Shown here in pieces: positions 17,683 to 27,133 of a stretch of DNA of 64,000 nucleotides; the stretch's first letter is position 1, and each line of letters starts with the position of its first letter. The translations under genes were made by a program, and so were the position numbers. The notes beneath the pieces were generated by a model, which saw only the letters and a list, made by a program, of their open reading frames with translations, was not told the origin of the DNA and did no database searches. Origin of the DNA: Escherichia coli (GTDB lineage: Bacteria > Pseudomonadota > Gammaproteobacteria > Enterobacterales > Enterobacteriaceae); assembly GCF_024298765.1 (NCBI RefSeq), contig NZ_CP101210.1. One strand, 5' to 3'.

Positions 17683-17959
17683 TAATCTGCTTTCTGAATT
17701 TCAGCTTCTGAATCCATGCAGATAATTTCGATATAGGGTTCATCGCCATTAACCTGACGAGCTTTTTCAGCTTCGTTAATTATTTCGCGAACGGTCTGGT
17801 ACGGAAGTTCTACTGTCAGGCGCGTACCGTTCAGATAAACGTAGGTAGCTGCATTTTTTCAGATGGAACTACTCCGTCAATAGCTGATGCGCGTAATAAC
17901 AGTTCACCGCGAAAATCAATAAAGCGGATAAATACACCTTGTGCATGGTCTTTAGTCAT
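17683..17959 (-). pseudogene. small early gene (about 92 aa if repaired) interrupted by a 1-nt frameshift in an A6/T6 run
   Basis: ATG at about 17959 gives 41 codons then stop; an out-of-frame continuation with no start codon runs to TAA at about 17683; adding one A in the homopolymer near 17854-17859 joins them. Confidence 0.4.
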
Positions 17960-17969
17960 AAAGCACCTG

Positions 17970-18320
17970 TTATAAATCAGCCTGTTTAATAAAACTTTGC
18001 CCGCGAAGCAAACGATCGACTGTGCGCAGTGCTTCGTACAATGTAAAATCCTGCCCGAACTGATTATCGCCGTTGCTTAATGCAAAAATGCGGTTTCCGG
18101 TAAACGGATTGCGTGAGCATCTGTGAACCACTATTCCAGCTTTCTCAATCAGCCAGGTGTGTTCGCCGATTTGTTTTACAGCGTGCCCATCTGGTGTTGC
18201 GTGCGTCTCGTTCAGGTTATAGCGATTGTTACTACGTGATGCACTGGTAGCGACGTGGTGTATATGGCGTTCTACGCCATTACGAAATTTGGAGTATGGA
18301 TTATTAGCGTGTTTTTTCAT
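17970..18320 (-). CDS. hypothetical phage early protein
   Basis: 116-aa ORF in the early operon downstream of the cox-like gene. Confidence 0.5.
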   Translation of the reverse strand: MKKHANNPYSKFRNGVERHIHHVATSASRSNNRYNLNETHATPDGHAVKQIGEHTWLIEKAGIVVHRCSRNPFTGNRIFALSNGDNQFGQDFTLYEALRTVDRLLRGQSFIKQADL

Positions 18321-18341
18321 GATGATGCTCTGTTCATTGTT

Positions 18342-18545
18342 TTAGCTGTTAGCCAAAGCGTCTTTTAACATCGCCACAAGGTTTACTTCAGGCTTTTCCA
18401 TTTTGGCACGTTTGGGGCGGATAATAATTCGACCGTCAGCCAACATCTTTTTGCATGTATTAAGAGGGATACCTGTTATCTCTGCATATTTCTGCAGGGA
18501 TACATAGGGGGCATTCACATTGATATTGATGGTTATACCTGACAT
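18342..18545 (-). CDS. Cox-like small DNA-binding protein (excisionase/early regulator)
   Basis: 67 aa; YVSLQKYAEITGIPLNTCKKMLADGRI resembles the Cox-type helix-turn-helix pattern; position in the early operon. Confidence 0.55.
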   Translation of the reverse strand: MSGITININVNAPYVSLQKYAEITGIPLNTCKKMLADGRIIIRPKRAKMEKPEVNLVAMLKDALANS

Positions 18546-18561
18546 CCCACTAGCCTCCTGA

Positions 18562-18768
18562 TCAGGAAGATTTGTTTTGTTCTTTCTGGGTTAGCTCTAG
18601 GCCGCGAAGGAAGATCATGCGCGCCATGTTAGAGGATGAGCGTTGTTCTTTAGTTGCCATTTCATCAATGACGGCTCGCTCTTCGAGGGACAGCCGAAGT
18701 GCCAGTCTTGGACCTGTGGCGGTGTTACGCGGAATGCGTGATCTGGTATCGTGAAGAACTTGTTTCAT
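18562..18768 (-). CDS. small ribbon-helix-helix-like regulator, first gene of the early operon
   Basis: 68 aa with RLALRLSLEERAVIDEMA; divergent from the repressor gene. Confidence 0.45.
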   Translation of the reverse strand: MKQVLHDTRSRIPRNTATGPRLALRLSLEERAVIDEMATKEQRSSSNMARMIFLRGLELTQKEQNKSS

Positions 18769-18843
18769 AGTGGTATATTGTGATCATCTAATAGCTCGTG
18801 AAATCATTTTGGTATCAAAAAAGATACCTGTCAAGGTTTTTGT
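18769..18843. promoter_or_regulatory. lysis-lysogeny switch region with divergent early and repressor promoters
   Basis: 75-bp AT-rich gap between divergently transcribed early operon and repressor gene, as in P2/186. Confidence 0.5.
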
Positions 18844-19248
18844 ATGAAAAATGATATTGGTCAGCGGTTGCGTGAGGAAAGGGAAAGATTGGGGCTTAGT
18901 CAAGTTGCTATGAGCGAAATTGGTGGAGTCAAAAAGCTAACTCAGCTTAGATATGAGAAAGGAGATAGCTTTCCTGATGCTGCGTATTTGGCAGCGCTGT
19001 CTCGTTTTGGCCTTGATGTTCAGTATGTTGTGTTGGGAATTCACTCACCTGAAACTTATAACGATGATGAGCAGGAGTTGATTACTCGCTTTCGAGCAGC
19101 TTCGTTAGATGTAAAAAACGCGGTGATCGGGGCTTTAAAAAGTGCGGGCAGTGAAAAGGAAACTCAGCCATCAGGGCGTGAGTTAAATATTTCTGGTGGT
19201 AATAACCGTATCGCTGGTCGTGACTATAACGAAACTAAGGGTAGGTGA
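18844..19248 (+). CDS. immunity repressor (CI/C-like, HTH XRE family)
   Basis: 134 aa; N-terminal LREERERLGLSQVAMSEIGGVKKLTQLRYEKG helix-turn-helix; divergent from the early operon. Confidence 0.75.
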   Translation: MKNDIGQRLREERERLGLSQVAMSEIGGVKKLTQLRYEKGDSFPDAAYLAALSRFGLDVQYVVLGIHSPETYNDDEQELITRFRAASLDVKNAVIGALKSAGSEKETQPSGRELNISGGNNRIAGRDYNETKGR

Positions 19249-19263
19249 TAGTAGGGAGGTGAC

Positions 19264-19914
19264 ATGGCCGTCAACTCAAACGGTTCAAACAATCGCGTTG
19301 CTGGGCGTGATTTTCACGAAAAGAATATTCAGATAGAGCGATATGATGGTTCTCATACCGTCAATATCGCAATCCCTTCGAATAATGATGATGACGCTCG
19401 CCCTTTGCTTAAGGCACAGCGTAAGGAGCTAAATAGCTTGGTTGCTGCTATTGCAGAAGCTAGCAATACTGAAGCGTTTATTATTTGGCAAAAAGTACAT
19501 GCGGAGATTGGTGTAGCTGGTATTGATGATATGACAATAAATCAATATAAAACAGCGGAGAGTTTTCTGCATGCAATGCTTGAGCGATGTAAAGATCATG
19601 ATGCCTGTAAGACTCTTGTAAGTTTATTACTACGTAACAGTGAAGACTGTGGACTTCGACAAAAACTTCTGCGGTATTGCCATATCAATTTCGGTACAGG
19701 ACGTTTAAACGATCTTACTCGTTCTCAGTTACAGTCTGCATTGTCGTGGTTAGAGCAACAATCGGTATCAAGCCACACAGAGAATTCGACCTTACCAGAA
19801 GTCCGCCTTCGTGCTTCAGAATTAATCCGATTTTATCCAAAAGAAATAATATTCTTTATCTGCGTAGGGGTTTTGGTAGGCGGAGCCATTTCTAGGATGT
19901 TTTTTAATTTGTAA
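19264..19914 (+). CDS. moron protein with C-terminal membrane anchor, unknown function
   Basis: 216 aa; GGGAGG 6 nt before ATG; AT-rich; C-terminal TM IIFFICVGVLVGGAI; lies between repressor and integrase. Confidence 0.55.
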   Translation: MAVNSNGSNNRVAGRDFHEKNIQIERYDGSHTVNIAIPSNNDDDARPLLKAQRKELNSLVAAIAEASNTEAFIIWQKVHAEIGVAGIDDMTINQYKTAESFLHAMLERCKDHDACKTLVSLLLRNSEDCGLRQKLLRYCHINFGTGRLNDLTRSQLQSALSWLEQQSVSSHTENSTLPEVRLRASELIRFYPKEIIFFICVGVLVGGAISRMFFNL

Positions 19915-19943
19915 TCTTACTTGAGCTAAATTGAGGCAATGAC

Positions 19944-20291
19944 ATGAAAGTAAAAAAGGTTCAACTATTAGTTGCTTTTTTATCTATGTTTTCTTTTTCC
20001 GCCGTCGCAATGCCTTTTAAAACTATTGAACGTGAGAGTTTCAATGGAGTATGGCCATTTAATACAGATGAGGTTCAATTGCAGTGTCTTGATGGTAATC
20101 CTTATGTGATGAATTTTGACGATAATAAGTTATATGCGCTTACAGGTTTGGCTCGAATAAAAGGTAAAACATTTGGTGCGTTACCGTTAGATAACAATAA
20201 TCCATTTTGGCTAGATAATGATGCCGCCCCTGGGTTAAAAAAGAATCTGGGGGACGTCACTAAGGCTGCATTTGATTTATGTGATAAGTAA
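19944..20291 (+). CDS. secreted/periplasmic moron protein, unknown function
   Basis: 115 aa with signal peptide MKVKKVQLLVAFLSMFSFSAVA and two cysteines; AT-rich. Confidence 0.55.
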   Translation: MKVKKVQLLVAFLSMFSFSAVAMPFKTIERESFNGVWPFNTDEVQLQCLDGNPYVMNFDDNKLYALTGLARIKGKTFGALPLDNNNPFWLDNDAAPGLKKNLGDVTKAAFDLCDK

Positions 20292-20296
20292 CAAAG

Positions 20297-21298
20297 ATGT
20301 CGGTTCGTAAGATTCCATCAGGTAAATGGCTTTGCGAATGTTATCCCTACGGAGCATCGGGAAAACGCATTCGTAAACAGTTTGCGACAAAAAGTGAGGC
20401 GCTCTCTTATGAGCGCCGTTTAATGAATAGTAGAGTTGGAGACGAGTTTCAAGATGGTTCTGGTCCTCGTCTTTCTGAGTTGATTGCTCGTTGGTTTGAG
20501 ATGTACGGCAAAACCTTGTCCTCTGGTGCAGAGCGCAAAGTCAAACTTGAGGCGATTTGTTCTAGGCTGGGAGATCCATTTGCTTCTCAGTTTGACAAAA
20601 ATATGTTTGCTACTTATCGGGAAAGAAGGCTATCAGGAGAATGGAATCCCAAGGGGAAGAAAAAACTTAGTGAAGCAACCGTTAATCGCGAGCAGTCATA
20701 TCTACATGCTGTTTTTGCCGAACTGAAGCGCCTTGGGGAGTGGTCTGGTGAAAACCCCCTGACTGGAATTCGCAAGTTTCGTGAGGAAGAAAAGGAGCTG
20801 GCGTTTCTGTATGTAGATGAGATTGAACGCCTTTTGATTGCGTGTGATGAGTCACGGAATAAAGATTTGGGGGTTGTTGTCCGTATTGGGCTTGCGACTG
20901 GTGCTCGGTGGAGTGAAGCAGAAGGATTAAAGCAATCTCAAGTACTGCCCGGTCGAATCACATTTGTTAAAACTAAAGGAAAGAAGAACCGCACTGTACC
21001 GATTTCACCTCAATTGCAGGCTATGCTTCCTAAAAAACGAGGAGCGCTATTTTCACCATGTTATGAGGCTTTTGACGCTGCAATTAAGAGAGCGAAGATA
21101 GAGCTCCCTGATGGGCAATTAACTCATGTGCTACGTCACACGTTTGCTAGTCATTTTATGATGCGGGGCGGAAATATTCTTGTGTTGCAAAAAATACTGG
21201 GGCATAGCGATATAAAAATGACTATGCGTTATGCGCATTTTGCTCCGGGTCATTTAGAGGCTGCTGTTGAATTAAACCCTTTTGACAATAGAGGGTAA
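20297..21298 (+). CDS. int: tyrosine-type site-specific integrase
   Basis: 333 aa; C-terminal HVLRHTFASH...ILGHSDIKMTMRYAH catalytic R-H-R-Y pattern; next to the att/tRNA fragment. Confidence 0.9.
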   Translation: MSVRKIPSGKWLCECYPYGASGKRIRKQFATKSEALSYERRLMNSRVGDEFQDGSGPRLSELIARWFEMYGKTLSSGAERKVKLEAICSRLGDPFASQFDKNMFATYRERRLSGEWNPKGKKKLSEATVNREQSYLHAVFAELKRLGEWSGENPLTGIRKFREEEKELAFLYVDEIERLLIACDESRNKDLGVVVRIGLATGARWSEAEGLKQSQVLPGRITFVKTKGKKNRTVPISPQLQAMLPKKRGALFSPCYEAFDAAIKRAKIELPDGQLTHVLRHTFASHFMMRGGNILVLQKILGHSDIKMTMRYAHFAPGHLEAAVELNPFDNRG

Positions 21299-21404
21299 AA
21301 AGTGGCGATAAAAAGTGACAATAGATTCAAATGGCGTCGTATAGAGCTATTTGCAAAGTTAATAAAATCATAAGGTTATGATTTATAAATGGTGGTTGAT
21401 AGTT

Positions 21405-21459
21405 TTTAAAATCCCTCGGCGTTCGCGCTGTGCGGGTTCAAGTCCCGCTCCGGGTACCA
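21405..21459 (+). other. prophage attachment-site core: 55-nt duplicate of the tRNA-Leu (leuZ-type, anticodon TAA) 3' end, not an intact tRNA
   Basis: TTTAAAATCCCTCGGCGTTCGCGCTGTGCGGGTTCAAGTCCCGCTCCGGGTACCA matches the remembered 3' portion of E. coli leuZ; the upstream 5' half does not fold as an acceptor stem. Confidence 0.7.
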
Positions 21460-21502
21460 TGGGAAAGATAAGAATAAAATCAAAGCAATAAGCAGTGTCG
21501 TG

Positions 21503-21527
21503 AAACCACCTTCGGGTGGTTTTTTTG
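21503..21527 (+). terminator. rho-independent terminator (native tRNA operon terminator)
   Basis: ACCACC-TTCG-GGTGGT hairpin followed by a T7 run. Confidence 0.65.
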
Positions 21528-21654
21528 TGCCTGCAACTTGTCGTTACACCCTCCTTAATTTTTAATCACCGGCAAAGCCACTCAAAAAGTATCTCTGATA
21601 CGGACCGGCATGTAAGATAGGTGCTGGCGAGTTGAGATCCACAAGGAAAAGCGT

Positions 21655-22320
21655 ATGAAAACGGGACCGTTAAACGAAAGTGAGTTGGAATGGCTGGACG
21701 ATATTCTGACCAAATACAACACTGACCACGCCATTCTTGATGTGGCGGAGCTGGACGGTTTATTGACGGCGGTGTTGAGTTCTCCGCAAGAGATTGAACC
21801 GGCACAGTGGCTGGTTGCCGTGTGGGGTGGGGCTGACTATGTGCCGCGCTGGGCGTCAGAGAAAGAGATGACGCGCTTTATGAACCTGGCTTTTCAACAT
21901 ATGGCCGATACCGCAGAGCGTCTGAACGAATTCCCGGAGCAGTTTGAGCCGTTATTCGGCTTGCGAGAAGTCGATGGCAGCGAGCTGACGATTGTTGAGG
22001 AGTGGTGCTTTGGCTATATGCGGGGCGTGGCACTTTCTGACTGGTCAACGTTGCCCGATTCGTTAAAACCAGCGCTGGGGGCGATTGCGCTGCACGGTAC
22101 TGAGGAAAACTTCGAGCGGGTTGAGAAGATGTCGCCAGAAGCGTTTGAAGAGAGCGTAGATGCCATTCGACTGGCGGCGCTTGATTTACATGCATACTGG
22201 ATGGCGCATCCGCAGGAAAAAGCTGTTCAGCAACCGATCAAAGCAGAAGAGAAACCGGGTCGTAACGATCCTTGCCCGTGCGGCAGTGGTAAGAAATTTA
22301 AGCAGTGCTGCCTGCATTAA
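21655..22320 (+). CDS. yecA: YecA (UPF0149 family protein with C-terminal SEC-C zinc motif)
   Basis: 221 aa ending [13 protein letters not shown]; conserved gene order. Confidence 0.85.
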   Translation: MKTGPLNESELEWLDDILTKYNTDHAILDVAELDGLLTAVLSSPQEIEPAQWLVAVWGGADYVPRWASEKEMTRFMNLAFQHMADTAERLNEFPEQFEPLFGLREVDGSELTIVEEWCFGYMRGVALSDWSTLPDSLKPALGAIALHGTEENFERVEKMSPEAFEESVDAIRLAALDLHAYWMAHPQEKAVQQPIKAEEKPGRNDPCPCGSGKKFKQCCLH

Positions 22321-22329
22321 GAGGTCAAA

Positions 22330-22360
22330 TTGGGTGTCAGCGTTAATTCTGGCACCCAAT
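22330..22360. terminator. hairpin between convergent yecA and tyrP (possible bidirectional terminator)
   Basis: TTGGGTGTCAG ... CTGGCACCCAA inverted repeat; no clear T-run. Confidence 0.35.
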
Positions 22361-22369
22361 AAGATCTAA

Positions 22370-23581
22370 TCACCCCACTTCTGGTAACAACCCTGCCGCA
22401 ATCAAAAATTGCACGCCAATCACAGCAATACCACAGAGAAACACCACCACCAGCGCCGGACGACCACCTTTGACCCGGTAACCCGCCTGAGGATTGTGCT
22501 TTCTGCTTTGCCAGGTCAACAGCGAAGGGATAATCAATGCCAGTACCGCCAGCGCCACACCGGCGTAACCCAGCGCCATCACAAATCCTCGTGGATAAAA
22601 CAGTGCAAACGCCAACGGCGGCAGAAAGGTAATTGCACCAGTTTGCAATCTTCCACCAACGGTATTTGAACGCTGAAACAAATCTGCCAGATAATCAAAT
22701 AAGCCTAACGCTACGCCGAGGAAGGACGTGGCGAGGGCTAAATCAGCAAATAAATGCACTGCCAGCTCAACATGCGGAGAGGCCACCATTTCGCGTAACG
22801 CCTGTAACAGCCCGTTTAATCCGGCATGATTAGCCAGCAATCCCATAAAGGTTGTTGAATCAATGCTGCCAAGGGTCGCCAGCTGCCAGAAAATATATGC
22901 CACCAGGGGGATCGCACTACCGATTATAAACACCCAGCGTAGCTTACGAATGTTGCCATCCATATAGCTGACAATACTCGGCACGCTACCGTGAAAACCA
23001 AACGACGTAAAAATCACCGGGATTGCAGACAGTGCCAGTCCCTGTTGCAACGGCAGGGTTAAAAGATTCACTTTGTGAATATGCGGTAGCAGCAATACCA
23101 GCATCACCACCAGAAAAATAATTTTGGCGCTGAACAGAAAACGGTTAAATAAATCGACCAGCGATGTCCCGACACAAACCACGCCACCGGCAACAAAAGT
23201 GAACAACAGCACGCCAGCGGTTGCCGACATTGAAATACCTGTCCAGTCGCTGATGCTGGAGGCCAACAATTCACCGGCACCGCTGATGTATGCCGCAGTC
23301 AGAGCATACATTAAGAACATCATACTGAAGCCCGTCAGCCACTGACCGTAGCGTCCCAGATAGCGTTTTGCCAGCGTGCCCAGACCGGTATCTGCCGGGA
23401 CATGCTGGTACACCTCCAGTAGTAATAGCGCCGTGTAGCACATCAACGCCCAAAGCCCAATCAACAAGATTAACGTGACGCTAAAACCAACACCTGCCGC
23501 AGCCAGCGGCATTGCCAGCATGCCTGCGCCAATTGTGGTTCCCGCCACGATAAAAACACTTCCCAGAGTTCTGTTTTTCAC
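22370..23581 (-). CDS. tyrP: tyrosine-specific transport protein
   Basis: 403-aa polytopic membrane protein; sequence and context as E. coli tyrP. Confidence 0.9.
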   Translation of the reverse strand: MKNRTLGSVFIVAGTTIGAGMLAMPLAAAGVGFSVTLILLIGLWALMCYTALLLLEVYQHVPADTGLGTLAKRYLGRYGQWLTGFSMMFLMYALTAAYISGAGELLASSISDWTGISMSATAGVLLFTFVAGGVVCVGTSLVDLFNRFLFSAKIIFLVVMLVLLLPHIHKVNLLTLPLQQGLALSAIPVIFTSFGFHGSVPSIVSYMDGNIRKLRWVFIIGSAIPLVAYIFWQLATLGSIDSTTFMGLLANHAGLNGLLQALREMVASPHVELAVHLFADLALATSFLGVALGLFDYLADLFQRSNTVGGRLQTGAITFLPPLAFALFYPRGFVMALGYAGVALAVLALIIPSLLTWQSRKHNPQAGYRVKGGRPALVVVFLCGIAVIGVQFLIAAGLLPEVG

Positions 23582-23771
23582 GCTTTCTTCTGTCCTGACG
23601 ATCTTTATGAGTGATATCTGCGGCGCAGGTTAAGGCATAACGGCTGATTCGTCAAACCGGCGTTACATATGGTGTAAATATAAATGTACAATAAAAAGCG
23701 TTCAGTTCTGCGCTGGCGCAAAGTCTTCATAAGCGGCAATCGCTACGCTAGGCTTTTTTTGAGGAGGAACG

Positions 23772-24011
23772 ATGGACTCTATTCACGGTCATGAAGTGTT
23801 AAATATGATGATTGAATCAGGCGAGCAATATACGCATGCCAGTCTGGAAGCAGCAATTAAAGCGCGTTTTGGTGAACAGGCACGTTTTCACACCTGCTCG
23901 GCAGAAGGGATGACAGCGGGAGAGCTGGTAGCGTTTCTGGCAGCAAAAGGCAAATTTATACCTTCGGAAGAAGGTTTTTCGACCGATCAGAGTAAGATTT
24001 GCCGTCACTGA
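23772..24011 (+). CDS. yecH: YecH (small uncharacterised protein)
   Basis: 79-aa ORF; position between tyrP and ftnA. Confidence 0.75.
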   Translation: MDSIHGHEVLNMMIESGEQYTHASLEAAIKARFGEQARFHTCSAEGMTAGELVAFLAAKGKFIPSEEGFSTDQSKICRH

Positions 24012-24018
24012 TTTGAAA

Positions 24019-24042
24019 CGGCGGCAGTAAACCTGCCGCCGG
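24019..24042. terminator. hairpin between convergent yecH and ftnA
   Basis: CGGCGGCAG-loop-CTGCCGCCG inverted repeat. Confidence 0.4.
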
Positions 24043-24048
24043 AGAACA

Positions 24049-24546
24049 TTAGTTTTGTGTGTCGAGGGTAGAGAGTTCTTTGTCGATAAAATACAAACCT
24101 TCGCCGCTTTTGCCTGCCAGACTTAATTTATCAATAATCGATTTGAACAGTTTCTCTTCTTCATGCTGCTCAGAAACATACCATTGCAGGAAATTAAATG
24201 TTGGGTAGTCCTGATTGGTCATTGCAGCATGAGCCAGTTCGTTAATTTTTTGCGTGATTAATTGTTCGTGTTTATAGGTTTCCTGGAATAATTCATCAAG
24301 TGAGGAATATTCAGCAAACGGAGATTCAACGGTATTAATACGCGGTAAGTTGCCGGTATCAGTCAGATAATCAAACAGACGCTGCATATGCGTCATCTCT
24401 TCCTGGGCGTGACGGCGCAGGAACGCGGCAGCACCTTCGAAGGTATGATAGCTGCACCAGGCGCTCATTTGCTGATAAAGCAGTGAAGAGTACAGTTCCA
24501 GGTTCATCTGCTCATTAAGTTTTTCAATCATTTCTGGTTTCAGCAT
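24049..24546 (-). CDS. ftnA: ferritin (non-haem iron storage)
   Basis: Starts [21 protein letters not shown] (165 aa) at internal Met of the track ORF. Confidence 0.9.
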
Positions 24547-24717
24547 GATAGTGCTCCACAAAGGTTATATTTGTTGCTGTGGCGTCACTATAATTTGTTA
24601 TTTTATTATTTGCAAAAGGTAAAATATAAACTTCATTTATTAAAAATACGAATGGGAATAAAACGCATTACCGCTATTTATTTAATCAGCGAAGATCCCC
24701 CTCGCTGATTAAAACAT

Positions 24718-25041
24718 TTAGAGAAAGACAGGGAAGGCGGAATGATGGCACTGATATGACAAAGTGAATTCCGTATTCAAACATAAGGAACCCGCAAAGA
24801 GGCTACAGTTGCCTACTGGCTGACCAAAGGGGATAGCGTGGGTATAGCCTTCCTGCTGGCATGCGCGATCGGCGATCCCGCGACTGACATAACGATCGGT
24901 ATAGGCATGCTGCAAAAAAGCCTGGTCATAAACCAACCGTACAATACCTGTTGCCGCGTCAACTTCGCTCACATGGGCCTGGCGAGTAACCGTACACCCC
25001 GCCAGCGTTATTAATGAAAGAGTCAGAATCAGAAGTCTCAT
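24718..25041 (-). CDS. yecR: YecR lipoprotein
   Basis: 107 aa with lipoprotein signal LITLAGC. Confidence 0.8.
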   Translation of the reverse strand: MRLLILTLSLITLAGCTVTRQAHVSEVDAATGIVRLVYDQAFLQHAYTDRYVSRGIADRACQQEGYTHAIPFGQPVGNCSLFAGSLCLNTEFTLSYQCHHSAFPVFL

Positions 25042-25303
25042 GGTCCAGCCAGAAGAGTAAAAGAAAGCACTATTTTACGCGTTACAGCGCTGCGACAATG
25101 GCCGGAAAAGACGCCTGGCAGGCGCTATTTCTCGCCATCTGTAGGTGTCAGAAATGGGGTAGCTGCTTTTTGATTATCATTTTTATAACATTAAAGGGGT
25201 ATTTATGTGATTTACATCACATAAAGATTGATTTTTGTGATGGTTGTCATATTATAAGCGCAAAGACAATAACACATGTATAACAAATGGTCGGAGTGCC
25301 GCG

Positions 25304-25390
25304 ATGAAACTGCGCAAAATCCTGAAAAGTATGTTCAATAACTATTGCAAGACGTTCAAAGACGTACCGCCAGGCAATATGTTCCGATAA
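25304..25390 (+). CDS. azuC: small protein AzuC (28 aa)
   Basis: ATG...TAA encodes MKLRKILKSMFNNYCKTFKDVPPGNMFR; followed by a strong terminator. Confidence 0.75.
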   Translation: MKLRKILKSMFNNYCKTFKDVPPGNMFR

Positions 25391-25391
25391 C

Positions 25392-25419
25392 AAAAAACCT
25401 GCTCCGGCAGGTTTTTTTG
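25392..25419 (+). terminator. rho-independent terminator after azuC
   Basis: AAAAAACCTGC-TCCG-GCAGGTTTTTTT hairpin with T-run. Confidence 0.7.
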
Positions 25420-25504
25420 TGTCCTGATGACGGTGGATGTGACTATCGCTGAAGATGTGAAGCCGCTACTATAACGGCTTTCAAAATGCTATCAGGAGTT
25501 TACG

Positions 25505-25756
25505 ATGTCCCAGCCGCTGAATGCCGATCAGGAACTGGTTTCTGATGTGGTTGCTTGCCAGTTGGTTATCAAACAAATTCTGGATGTTCTCGATGTGATC
25601 GCACCCGTTGAAGTTCGCGAAAAAATGTCCAGCCAGCTAAAGAATATCGACTTTACTAACCATCCCGCCGCCGCAGACCCGGTCACCATGCGGGCAATCC
25701 AAAAAGCCATCGCGTTGATTGAACTCAAGTTTACCCCACAGGGCGAATCCCATTAA
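25505..25756 (+). CDS. yecJ: YecJ (small uncharacterised protein)
   Basis: 83-aa ORF; conserved position. Confidence 0.75.
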
Positions 25757-25833
25757 AAAACCGCTGCTTCAAAAAAATGAGGCAGCGGTTTCTCAAAAAC
25801 TTCATCGGCGCAATGCATTAGCGCCGATGATGA

Positions 25834-26337
25834 TCAATGTAGCTGATGCGACACGACATTCAGAACATGTTGGTCGGTCTGCACAGGGCACATACCCGCA
25901 AGTTTCGCACTGCGCACTTCATCAAGAATGGTTTGCAGCAACAGGCCATCATGCTGCTGTTCTTTTTCCAGATCGCGCAGGAAATTGACGGTTGAATCAT
26001 CATTCAGTTCTTTCGCTTCATCGGCTAACTGTGCCAACGTACTAGAACGTTGCTCGTATTCTTCCATCGTTTTTTGGAACAGTTCTTCCAGAGAGTTCAG
26101 TTTTTCACCGGGAACATCAATGGCTTTAACGATGGGGGTAGCGCCGACACTCTTCATAAAGTTAAACATGCGCATCATTTGGGTCACATTACTCTGTGCC
26201 TGGGCGCGAAGGAAAGTGGCGGTGCCGTTCAGACTCTGTTCAGAACACCAGTTACTCAGGTGAAGGTAGAGATTGGATGCGTAAAACTCGCGGTTCATTT
26301 GAGAGTTGAGTTTGAGAAGCATTCCAGCGGTTGCCAT
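25834..26337 (-). CDS. ftnB: ferritin-like protein FtnB
   Basis: 167 aa starting [21 protein letters not shown]. Confidence 0.85.
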   Translation of the reverse strand: MATAGMLLKLNSQMNREFYASNLYLHLSNWCSEQSLNGTATFLRAQAQSNVTQMMRMFNFMKSVGATPIVKAIDVPGEKLNSLEELFQKTMEEYEQRSSTLAQLADEAKELNDDSTVNFLRDLEKEQQHDGLLLQTILDEVRSAKLAGMCPVQTDQHVLNVVSHQLH

Positions 26338-27133
26338 ACCTAATATCCTTATATCCAGAAGTGGAGAGGTGCAAGATAAATCAAAACACCATAATTACTG
26401 TTTGCAGAATAATTCCTTTCTGCCGGTCCGAAATGTGATCGTGGAGTCAATTCTGACGATGATCTGAAATAAGAATAACGTCTGAACGGGTATAAGAAAA
26501 TGCTTAAATCATCAAGTTTATATATTTTTACATTTCATTGATGAAATCAATGTAACTGCAATGAATTTTAATGATAGTGCTTTTTGTATCTTGTTGATAT
26601 TAATCGATTAATTTGAATTCATGATGAAGTGATGGTTTTATAAAACGTTTTTTCATTTTTGCGAGATGGCTCTCATTATACGTGTTCTGTTAATTAATGA
26701 GCACAGTGATAATTAATGGCGAAATGAATGACGCACATTTTCCACATCTTTGAGTTGTGGTTATTACACCATTGCAAAAACTCAACGCCAGGTAATGCGG
26801 CCTATTGACTGGTTAAAAAGAAGACATCCCGCATGGGTACCAAAGACAACAAGGACTTCCAGGCTAATCTTATGGATTATTCTGCTGTGCACTCGATAAT
26901 TTGTCTGACAAATTCGCTTTTCCTTATGTCTTTTCCCGCTAAATTTATGCACGTTCTCACTGTAATTCTGCGATGTGATATTGCTCTCCTATGGAGAATT
27001 AATTTCTCGCTAAAACTATGTCAACACAGTCACTTATCTTTTAGTTAAAAGGTAATGCTTTGTTTTCCGATTAATTTAACGAATGTCATTCGTTTTTGCC
27101 CTACACAAAACGACACTAAAGCTGGAGAGAACC

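Larger units (their letters stand above)
1..21459. mobile_element. P2-like prophage, integrase-proximal arm (~21.4 kb); element continues beyond window start
   Basis: P2-type gene order (J-W-V-S-R-lysis-X-L-M-N-O on minus strand, P-Q on plus strand, cargo, replication gene A, cox-like/repressor switch, integrase) ending at a 55-nt tRNA-Leu 3' duplicate beside yecA. Confidence 0.85.

Noticed and set aside
21373-21459. Possible intact tRNA-Leu gene
   Set aside because: Only the 3' 55 nt match tRNA-Leu; the 5' portion cannot form the acceptor and D stems, so it is an att-site fragment.
26338-27133. Long AT-rich intergenic region upstream of araF as possible foreign insert
   Set aside because: It lies between conserved divergent genes with no ORFs and is most simply the araFGH promoter/regulatory region; specific AraC/CRP sites were not mapped by eye.
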